From positions 1-41,873 of the forward strand of contig JAUCBJ010001325.1 in NCBI GenBank assembly GCA_032718475.1: a DNA stretch of 41,873 nt, in the 5' to 3' direction. This document shows positions 9,843-19,410 of this stretch, piece by piece (within the stretch, counting starts at the first letter, position 1; every line of letters begins with the position of its first letter). The notes below the pieces were generated by a model. That model saw only the letters and a list, made by a program, of their open reading frames with translations. It was not told where the DNA came from and made no database searches. This DNA comes from Nemertoderma westbladi (lineage: Eukaryota > Animalia > Xenacoelomorpha). Both the position numbers and the translations under genes were made by a program.

Positions 9843-12209
9843 CTAATGAACTTTCGGGGGGGCTACCAATTTTGCATACAAATACCTAGCTATGTTATTC
9901 CTATTACCATACCTGATGTTTAGTGTATCCCAAACTTGTCTTAATCCATCTGGATGTCCAATAAACTTTAACGCCATTAACTTGGGAGATCCTTCCAAGC
10001 ACTCGATGAGGAATCTAAGTTTCTCTCCGTTAGATAGCACAGAGTTCTGTATGTTATCTTTGTAATATTCATTAAAAGGTAACCATTTCATCTCATCTCC
10101 ATTGAACTTGACGATCTCTCCCACCTTTACCGCTTGACGGGCTTCGGTTCTAGCCATTTGACGCGTAAAACTTTCTTGGGCCATCGTGTTATTTAATATC
10201 GAGTTATCGATATATAAATTTCTCGGATTATGGTCAGGTCTATATGGAATATCATTGTCAACAGGTTTATAATTACCCTTAATAGGGTTTACGATAGGAG
10301 TTTCCACTTCACTAGCAGTATAGATGCGTGTAGGCTCCACACCATGCGCATGAAATACTTCAGACCTAACAGGTTGACACATTGTTGCAGGGGGTGGTGG
10401 TATACCCTTTTGTGTATTTACTAATTTATCGCGTTCTAACGCGATACTCTGCTGCACTTCTTGCAACTCTAACCTACTTTCCCTTACTGTTCCCTTAAAC
10501 TGATGAACAGTCTCCTGCATCTGCCCGAGCAGGAGATTCATCCCCCGCCGCCCCTCATCCACCCACTCGACCGCCGAAGCAGGAGCCGCCAACATAGTAG
10601 CGGGCAGACGAGGGACAACGGGCGACAAATCATTGATGTTTCGCTCAGAGTCCAGGACAGGAACTGTCTCAGGGGCTGTTCTGCTGGGCACAGGTAGTTT
10701 AGTGCTATGCAAAGGGAATTTAGAGGTAGGTTCTGGGAGTACAGGTGTCTCTATCACCGAAGGGGTGGCTTCGAGAACAGGCCTAATTATTTCAGGCTCA
10801 TCTACTATAGTAGGGAGTCTTGCTGCCCTAATAATTTGGTCTGTGGGTTCTGTACTACCTAAGTCTGTACTAGCTAGTTGCCTTCTAACAGCTGGGGGCA
10901 AATCAGGCAATTTCTGACGGTGAGGCATTCTTCTACATCTGTTGGAACGAGATCTATTTCCTCCGCCCTCAGGATCGGTGGTATCGCCTTCATCCGATGA
11001 TGTAAAGCCCTGTCGCTTGGGGGTGGATCGACTTATCATCTGCCACTGAGTAGCTGTTCTCTGTTTATCTATGTAGTCTTGCTTCTCTTGCAGATTTTCC
11101 AACTCTAGTTGGGTGGTCTCTTCAGATGCTCTCCATTCTGCTTCTGCCACTGCTATCTTTCTTTCCGCTTCTGCCGCTTTTCTTTCCGCTTCTGCCACCT
11201 TTCTTTCCACTTCTGCCGCTGCCTCTGCCGCTTTTCTTTCCACTTCTGCCGCTGCCTCTACCGCTTTTCTTTCCACTTCTGCCGCTTTTCTTTCCACTTC
11301 AGCCGCTTTTCTTTCCGCTTCTGCCGCTGCCACTGCCGCTGCTGCTGTCTTTCTGTCTTCTATACGTTTTTTCTTTACTTGTTCTTCTTGGACCCTAGCG
11401 ATGCGGCTGCTTTCATCAAATTTAGCTTGGTTCGCAGCTAACATTTCCGCATCTATTGCGTCCAGCACAAACTTGGCTCCTTCACTATTAGGGCGAAGTC
11501 CAGCCAGCCGTCTCCTCAACTCTTCATCACCTAGAAATCGTTGATAGTCTGACAGATAGATGTCAATAGCGTCCCTCTGCTGCGGTTTCTCTGCTGTCCC
11601 TTCGCTTTCCACTTGAGAAAAGGTAGCGTCTGTTGATTCTCCATGGGTTGAGCGCTCAGCCAGCTGAGATTTCCACTGGGCCGTTCCTTGAACCTTGAGA
11701 CCCACCCGCTGGAACCAAGTCTTTATGGCAACTTGCAACGATGTGTCTTGTCTTCTTTTCGAAGCTTCCTCAAAGGACGATAGGATTAGGCTGATTCTTA
11801 GAATTCTTTCTCGAACTTGATAAAGCAGCTCTCCCTGCTCTTGAGGTCCTTGGGGTTGTTGAAACAGTTGTTCCTCTAATCGCTCCAAAGAGCTGAAGAA
11901 TCCCTGTACATATCCTGCTGCCGACCTCTTCCACACAGCTGGATCACTAGTGTCTTTTGTCACTCCCATCCTGTGTATGTCTTCCCAGGCAGCTTCCGAT
12001 AAGTCAAACGGGAGTCCGGGTCCGGGGAAGTTCCATTGCGACTCGACAATAGACTTCAGTTCCTCCCTTGTGTATCCCGCATAACTGTCCTTGGTCGATC
12101 GCTTACTTCTTGCCCAATCAATTTGGTGTTCCTCCACCGCAATCAATACCCGAGTGAGTACGGCTGCAGGAAGAATGAGAAGGGGATCCGAATAAACCGC
12201 ATCTGCCAT
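9843..12209 (-). CDS. BEL/Pao Gag N-terminal/central part with coiled coil and DUF1759-like domain; separated from the downstream ORF by a 1-bp insertion in a G run near 9856-9862
   Basis: KFNGDEMKWLPFNEYYKDNIQNSVLSNGEKLRFLIECLEG...VWDTLNIRYGN; copy 2 reads through this junction (ORF 37267-38409). Confidence 0.85.
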   Translation of the reverse strand: MADAVYSDPLLILPAAVLTRVLIAVEEHQIDWARSKRSTKDSYAGYTREELKSIVESQWNFPGPGLPFDLSEAAWEDIHRMGVTKDTSDPAVWKRSAAGYVQGFFSSLERLEEQLFQQPQGPQEQGELLYQVRERILRISLILSSFEEASKRRQDTSLQVAIKTWFQRVGLKVQGTAQWKSQLAERSTHGESTDATFSQVESEGTAEKPQQRDAIDIYLSDYQRFLGDEELRRRLAGLRPNSEGAKFVLDAIDAEMLAANQAKFDESSRIARVQEEQVKKKRIEDRKTAAAAVAAAEAERKAAEVERKAAEVERKAVEAAAEVERKAAEAAAEVERKVAEAERKAAEAERKIAVAEAEWRASEETTQLELENLQEKQDYIDKQRTATQWQMISRSTPKRQGFTSSDEGDTTDPEGGGNRSRSNRCRRMPHRQKLPDLPPAVRRQLASTDLGSTEPTDQIIRAARLPTIVDEPEIIRPVLEATPSVIETPVLPEPTSKFPLHSTKLPVPSRTAPETVPVLDSERNINDLSPVVPRLPATMLAAPASAVEWVDEGRRGMNLLLGQMQETVHQFKGTVRESRLELQEVQQSIALERDKLVNTQKGIPPPPATMCQPVRSEVFHAHGVEPTRIYTASEVETPIVNPIKGNYKPVDNDIPYRPDHNPRNLYIDNSILNNTMAQESFTRQMARTEARQAVKVGEIVKFNGDEMKWLPFNEYYKDNIQNSVLSNGEKLRFLIECLEGSPKLMALKFIGHPDGLRQVWDTLNIRYGNRNNIARYLYAKLVAPPKVH
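11135..11350 (-). repeat. Coding 21-nt heptad repeat (KAAEVER/KAAEAER) in gag
   Basis: Repeated TTCTGCCGCTTTTCTTTCC(A/G)C on the + strand; shorter version at about 39185-39310. Confidence 0.85.
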
Positions 12210-12516
12210 TTTTGCTCAGCGCTCGGGTGTCAGCTCTACAGTATCCGCTGTCAGGCCACTGAGAAATAAGTTCTCGGCTCGGGTGTTGCTGCTGTTTAAC
12301 AGCTGCTTCTTGGTCACGCTTGACTTGGGCCCGAGTGCCTATGATAGACCTACGGTGTTGGACTAGCCTAGGGTCTGATACCACTACTGGAGGGATGATC
12401 TTTCTTACAGTAGGAGGTGAGTTGAACTTCGGTCTCACACGTTCCACACTCCTGTCTGGATCACAGATGGTTGTATCTAGGAGACTGTCTGACAGGTTTT
12501 GCTTTGTGTCAGACAT
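12118..12516 (-). CDS. Upstream ORF overlapping the gag start; possibly the frameshifted true Gag N-terminus
   Basis: ATG-initiated 132-aa ORF beginning where the AT-rich leader ends; the gag frame upstream of 12209 is open apart from one TGA (possible CGA>TGA). Confidence 0.45.
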   Translation of the reverse strand: MSDTKQNLSDSLLDTTICDPDRSVERVRPKFNSPPTVRKIIPPVVVSDPRLVQHRRSIIGTRAQVKRDQEAAVKQQQHPSRELISQWPDSGYCRADTRALSKNGRCGLFGSPSHSSCSRTHSGIDCGGGTPN

Positions 12517-12644
12517 GTTTGTTTGTACAGTTGAATGCCTACTGCTATAATTACAGTTAAAGCAAGTCTAATAATTCAGTATCACTGTTAGCCTAGTAAT
12601 TAATTACCGATATCGTTACTCTATGTAACGTGATATATATACAA

Positions 12645-13030
12645 TATATTAGAATACCGGTATACACTTATAGTATATATAAGTATTATTACGGATTAGG
12701 TTTGTCACAGAATACCGGTATATAATTTCAGCACAAATATATAGAAATATATAATAAGCCTATCGTGAATACCGGTATACAGCTTACACTTATAGTATAT
12801 ATAAGTATAATTATAGACTAGAAATTAATTACAGAATACCGGTATATAATTTCAGCACAAATATATAGAAATATATAATAAGCCTATCGTGAATACCGGT
12901 ATACAGCTTACACTTATAGTATATAAGTATAATTATAGACTAGAATTAATTACAGAATACCGGTATATAATTTCAGCTCAAATTTATAGAATAAATATAA
13001 TAAGACTATTGTAAATACCGGTATGTCAAT
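12645..13030. repeat. Tandem repeat in the 5' leader: seven ~60-bp units (alternating, ~120-124-bp higher order) anchored on palindrome ATACCGGTAT
   Basis: AATACCGGTAT at about 12653, 12711, 12768, 12835, 12892, 12955 and 13014. Confidence 0.88.
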
Positions 13031-15643
13031 TATTTTAGAATAATTGAATTTCTGAATTTTAGGGGTTACTTGGTTACTTTACTTTACTTTATTACCGTTA
13101 TTTAAGCAGTAGTCCAACTGATATTAAGACCTAATTGTTGTATGACAGGCCTACTATTTTATAAATCGGTTTGAGTTGATTTATAATATATATATATATA
13201 CCCTTTTATGGGTTTTGTCAATGTATGAAACTAGAACGCCATCAAGATGGCTTTAAACGAACCTGTCTTACACAGACTCCAAGAAACAGATGGGATTGGA
13301 AGATGCAAACCAAGAATGACTTGCATCAACCAAAAAACTGCCTCCCATCTAATGTAATACACATTCGCCTAGGCAAACAAATCATAATCACAATTACTAC
13401 GATGATGTGTGAAATGGTATCCATATCCGCAACCTGAGAAACGGCCCAAAAGAGCAGTTTATTCTGCGGAGGGGTCTTTTCTGTATTAGATAAATAAAAT
13501 AAAGAACACTATAATTACAGTATTTATACCTGATACATTCTCAGTTAGCCTAATAAAAACATCGGAGCAACCAATATAATGTACATGTACAAGCATCCTA
13601 TGAAAGTTTGTGAAATGTTCCCTTAAGTCTACCCAACAGCCGTTGGTACCCGGCTGGCAGCCACCCTGGTTCAGTTTTATGGTTTTGTTAGTTTAATCGA
13701 CAGCTGTTGTAAACGTCCCAGATATACAAAACCTACTAAGCCTTTGCATTACAATTGAGCTTAGCCTAAGTTGATGACAGTATTATAACGATGACAATTA
13801 GGCCCTATAGATACATACGATATATAAATGATGTACTGCTTGACATTACACTAACTGGCTGAATAGAGATAGAACTATAATAATACGTTTGGCATTCTGT
13901 CAGATTTCAGTAGTAAGTAACCTCATAATAATTGCTAAATATCAATCACCTGAAAAACATTTCAAGCAAGGGAGTTGTGGGTATTTAATTTTGCGTTCAA
14001 TAATGTTGAAAATATGCAAATATTTCGAATATCGCACTTCGAATCGTTCCCAACTTTTTTATTCAACAACTAGACAACAATTGATAAATACTTGCGTTTA
14101 CAATTTTACAATGCATGCAAGTGGTTTCAAGCCATTTGGTGAACATACATAGTGAGTGATATAGTGACATATAGTGAGTGATATAGGTAAATATATCCAT
14201 CGTGTTTTTGCCGGCCTCAGCTTTAGACAAAAACTACCCAGTCTAAAGACAGGTTCGTTATAAATGTTATTATTTCTGGGAAGGAGTCACTACACAGAAG
14301 CTGTACGCTCTCAGTGAAGTGCTACCTATTGTTTTGGACACTAAAACAAATAATTCTACTTGCCTAAGTTACTTATTACTACAAATTACATACAATTGCA
14401 GGGTGAGATTACAATCTCTAAATAAACACAAAAATTACACGTACGAATTTTTAGGGTTAATTTTACAGGAAATCTACAAACCCGCCTAACAAGGAGTTAG
14501 AATATCTGGTTATTACAAACGGACAGGATACTACGGTATTTGAAAGTAATAAAGCAGTAGTAAATATATTGCGTTGTCCAGATAGGAAAAATACCACCGT
14601 CTGACGACTTATAGCCGTAGCGCTATAAGTACTACATTATGTATCACGGAGTGTTCCTACCTAGAAGTTAATTACCGCAGCCTACCAGAGCCAACGTGCC
14701 TATTAACCACCTTACAACACAAATATACTGCCTACACACTAATTACCTTCGGAAAGCACTGTACACTAAACCCTAAATTAGGTACAAGTACTTATACAAC
14801 AAATAACCAGCAGTTAAAAATACTTGTACAGCTAAAAGAAAAACGGTATCCGCCGGAGTGACTAGAGCATAAAATCACCAGTCTTTACCTACGCCAAACA
14901 GCCCTGATGTAGTACCGGGGTTAATTTAACTATAACGGTATGTATAACAAGCACAATTACTATAGGAATAAACTTGGGGTTATGAATGTTGCGAATAATC
15001 GCATAAACTCTGAATAATAAATATTACGCTACCCTTACAGACTACACAAACAAAATACAGACCAAACGCTGGCAGACTACTATCAAGCCTAAATAAACTA
15101 CAGTATATGCAGACTCCGAAATGGTTAGTTAGTATGCGTTCTAACCGAGTAGTACGACTTATTCTTTCGGGGGGGGGATTTACCTTACAGCACTGGAAGC
15201 CCCTACGTTCCTAACTAGTACTTTATCGGACATACACTCTACACACACTGCAATCTCTTCAGGCTTAACAACAGCCAGACAACAATCCAGCCTACCAATT
15301 ATCTGTACAATCTGAGCAGGCTTACACGCCTTCTGTTCAATATTAACTTTCAAATAAATAAAACTGACAGAAATAGGCCTAAGTAAAATCTCAATAAAAA
15401 CCAGGCGTCCCCGATTAAATATTAAGACCTACCGGTATATAATTATCAAAATCGAATAATACTGCTGTACCTGTACTGCTGTAAGTACCGGTTCGGGTGG
15501 TTAGGCAGTCAGGCCTACTGGTTACCGGTCGACCGGTACCTTTTACCTTTATTGCTTACTTTGCAATAAAGAAGCAATAGCTGTTATTGTTCTTACCAGA
15601 ACAATAGTAAACTGTATTTATTGCCTACACTGCAATCAGAAGA

Positions 15644-15655
15644 TATAACTGTTAT
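15644..15655 (-). other. Primer binding site position: ATAACAGTTATA, not tRNA-like, complementary to LTR 16394-16405
   Basis: Abuts the 5' LTR end; no TGG; exact reverse complement inside the LTR; identical in copy 2 (39660-39671). Confidence 0.7.
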
Positions 15656-16840
15656 TGTTCGCGCTTTTAGACCTTTCGCAGTTTAACCTGCCAAATTTAG
15701 GTGTCTTCTAGGTTATAAATCGACTTTAGCCTATGACAAGTATTTGATACACATAAAACTACATTAGCCGAAGCCAGCCTATGCGCGACCATTCACCCAC
15801 TGGATTTACCCGGGAGACTGGATTCGGATGCTCTGACCTTATTGCGGTGTAGGCCTACTGTATTATTCGATTGATCGTTAATATAATCTCTGACAAATAT
15901 TATTCACTTTCGGGAAATATTAACAGTTCCTTTAGGACGTGGCTCTCTAAGTATGTAAACAGAGTTATGACTTACACTAAACACAACGGGATGGCTAATG
16001 ATTCACGTATAAAGCACATTCTTTAGGAGATGCTTTGTTATCTATCACACTCATGCACACTACCGCACAATGCTGCACACCGATCTGCCGACCTTCACTA
16101 ATTTTAGTCAAATATAAAGAGAACAGCAACTGACACATGTAGTGCCTATGAAATAGCATTAGATTCACTCCAAAACCACTATAATGTAAGTCGCAATTGC
16201 TATATGTAACCGGTCTCTCTAACCTTCAGTATATCAAGAAGATTGGGGTTTTCTGATTATTTATCGATATTCTCCAAATATAACAATATTCCATCAATTG
16301 ATACAATTAATAACCGACAGTAGATAGCAGTAAAATAATGCGGTGCAAGGTATGTATAATTTAAGATGCTGAGTTAATGCGTGACTTGATATGATAACAG
16401 TTATACGTTTCTATGATCAAAGCCGATCTAATGTTTGGCTAAAGTCTGAAACACAGAATAATTCCAAAGCCGGTGTTCTGGCATCAGGAAAAATGGTAAA
16501 CATAAACCATAATGCATTGCGCGATTTCCCGGAGGTTTCTGTACAAATAAAATGAAAATTGCTCTGATTGGTCGACCGAACAAAGAACAAAGAAAAAGTT
16601 ACACGTGGACATATCAGCTGATAGATGTCGTCATCTGAACTGCACTGTATCAAGAGTATTTTGGCTTATTGCGACATAAAATCGCTAGTTATGTCCGCTA
16701 AAGTACACATACAGAAGAAATGGCTTTTTATGTCCACTAAAACACCCGTACAGTAAGGAAACGGCTTTTTATGCCCGCTAAAACACCTACCAAGTACTTT
16801 GCGGGGAAAATGACTAGCTAATTCCGCAAAAGCCTTTACA
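15656..16840 (-). repeat. 5' LTR of copy 1 (1185 bp)
   Basis: TG...CA termini, followed by TSD AATAG. Confidence 0.95.
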
Positions 16841-19175
16841 AATAGGTACCGGTACTCAAAGTAGTAACTACAACTAGGAACTCAAATTAGTAACTAGGTA
16901 CTCAAATTAGTAAGTACAACTAGGTACTCAAAGTAGTAACTACAACTAGGTACTCAATTTAGTAGCTAGGTACTCAAATTAGTAACTACAACTAGGTACT
17001 CAAATTAGTAACTACTTCTAATTACTCCTATTCTAATTACTACTCAAATTAGTAACTACAACTAGGAACTCAAATTAGTAACTACAACTAGGTACTCAAA
17101 TTAGTAACTACAACTAGGAACTCAAATTAGTAACTACAACTAGGTACTCAAATTAGTAACTAGGTACTCAAATTAGTAAGTACAAATAGGTACCAGTACT
17201 CAAAGTAGTAACTACAACTAGGTACTCAATTTAGTAGCTACAACTAGGTACTCAAATTAGTAACTAGGTACTCAAATTAGTAACTACAACTAGGTACTCA
17301 AATTAGTAACTACAACTAGGTACTCAAATTCGTAACTACAACTAGGTAGTCAAATTAGTAACTACAACTAGGAACTCAAAGTAGTAACTACAACTATGAA
17401 CTCAAATTAGTAACTACAACTAGGTACTCAAATTAGTAACAGCATACTCAAATTAGTAACTAGGTACTCCAATTAGTAACTAGGTACTCAAATTAGTAAC
17501 TAAGTACTCAAATTAGTAACTAGGGACTCAAATTAGTAACTAGGTAGTCAAATTAGTAACTACAACTAGGTACTCAAATTAGTAACTACAACTAGGAACT
17601 CAAATTAGTAACTAGGTACTCAAATTAGTAAGTACAAATAGGTACCGGTACTCAAATTAGTAACTACAACTAGGTACTCAATTTAGTAACTATAACTAGG
17701 TACTCAAATTAGTAACTAGGTACTCAAATTAGTAACTACAACTAGGTACTCAAATTAGTAACTACAACTAGGTACTCAAATTCGTAACTAAAACTAGGTA
17801 GTCAAATTATTAACTACAACTAGGTACTCAAATTTGCAACTACAACTAGGTACTCAAATTAGTAACAGCATACTCAAATTAGTAACTAGGTACTCCAATT
17901 AGTAACTAGGTACTCAAATTAGTAACTAGTTATTCAAATTAGTAACTAGGTACTCAAATTAGTAACTAGGTAGTCAAATTAGTAACTACAACAAGGTACT
18001 CAAATTAGTAACTACAACTAGGAACTCAAATTAGTAACTAGGTACTCAAATTAGTAAGTACAAATAGGTACCGGTACTCAAATTAGTAACTACAACTAGG
18101 TACTCAATTTAGTAACTATAACTAGGTACTCAAATTAGTAACTAGGTACTCAAATTAGTAACTACAACTAGGTACTCAAATTAGTAACTACAACTAGGTA
18201 CTCAAATTCGTAACTAAAACTAGGTAGTCAAATTAGTAACTACAACTAGGTACTCAAATTTGCAACTACAACTAGGTTCTCACATTAGTAACTAGGTACT
18301 CAAATTAGTAACTAGGTACTCAAATTAGTAACTAGGTACTCAAATTAGTAACTAGTTACTCAAATTAGTAACTAGGTACTCAAATTAGTAACTAGGTACT
18401 CAAATTAGTAACTAGTTACTCAAATTAGTAACTAGGTACTCAAATTAGTAACTACAACTAGGAACTCAAATTAGTAACTAGGTACTCAGATTAGCAAGTA
18501 CAACTAGGTACTCAAAGTAGTAACTACAACTAGGTAGTCAAATTAGTAACTACAACTAGGTACTCAATTTAGTAGCTACAACTAGGTACTCAAATTAGTA
18601 ACTACAACTAGGTACTCGAATTAGTAACTACAACTAGGTACTCAAATTAGTAACTACAACTAGGTACTCAAATTCGTAACTACAACTAGGTAGTCAAATT
18701 AGTAACTACAACTAGGTACTCAAATTAATAACTACAACTAGGAACTCAAATTAGTAACTACAACTAGGAACTTAAATTAGTAACTCAAATTAGTAACTAC
18801 AACTAGGTACTTAAATTAGTAACCGCATACTCAAATTAGTAACTAGGTACTCAAATTAGTAACTAGGTACTCAAATTAGTAACTAGGTACTCAAATCAGT
18901 AACTACAACTAGGTACTCAATTAGTATCTACAACTAGGAACTCAAATTAGTAACTACAACTAGGTACTCAAATTAGTAACTTCAACTAGGAACTCAAATT
19001 AGTAACTAAGTACTCAAATTATTAACTAGGTACTCAAATTAGTAACTAGGTACTCAAATTAGTAACTACAACTAGGTACTCAAAATTAGTAAACGCGTAC
19101 TGAAAATAGTAACTAGGTACTCAAATTAGTAACCGCGTACTCAAATTAGTAACTAGGTAGTCAAATTAGTAACTG
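16841..19175. repeat. 20/26-bp satellite (right arm)
   Basis: Same units as 893-3240; resumes in register after the TSD. Confidence 0.97.
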
Positions 19176-19355
19176 GGGTACTCCACTTGGAACCAGATAT
19201 GCCGGGGCACTCCGCAAATTCTAACCAGATACTTAAATTCGTAATCGTGTGCTCTGATATGTAACCAGGTGCTCCAATAATAAGCGGTTACTAAAAGTAA
19301 TAATAACATATTCCATTTTTTAGCAGGTTATGCTGATTAATAACCAGGCGCACTA
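19176..19355. repeat. Degenerate edge of the satellite (diverged ~20-bp units)
   Basis: Units such as AACCAGATACTTAAATTCGT and AACCAGGTGCTCCAATAATA resemble AACTAGGTACTCAAATTAGT; similar units at about 21445-21530. Confidence 0.6.
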
Positions 19356-19410
19356 CTAGAAGTGTTACCCTAAATTGTTACGCTAAATTGTGTTACCCTA
19401 AATAACAACA

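Larger units (their letters stand above)
3241..16840 (-). mobile_element. BEL/Pao LTR retrotransposon, copy 1 (non-autonomous; RT/RNase H and integrase deleted)
   Basis: Paired LTRs with TG...CA ends, 5-bp TSD AATAG (3236-3240 and 16841-16845), BEL-type gag with three Cys/His knuckles and protease LLDSGS; colinear with copy 2. Confidence 0.95.

Noticed and set aside
9843-9870. Programmed gag-pol frameshift
   Set aside because: It is a 1-bp insertion in a G run private to copy 1; copy 2 reads through. The copy 2 breaks at about 37280 and 38450 are likewise absent from copy 1, and the break at about 36150 cannot be compared
10633-11544. Plus-strand ORFs antisense to gag/pol (also 34991-35647, 38671-39522)
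   Set aside because: Shadow ORFs of the coding strand and its low-complexity repeat; no independent motifs
13185-14260. Possible secondary insertion in the copy 1 leader (starts after a (TA)n run, ends near hairpin CTTTAGAC...GTCTAAAG)
   Set aside because: No convincing TIR, TSD or Helitron CTRR end, and copy 2 lacks the region for comparison
16417-16653. ORFs within the LTRs (also 27065-27370, 40512-40880)
   Set aside because: Not conserved in frame between the two subfamilies and no recognisable domain
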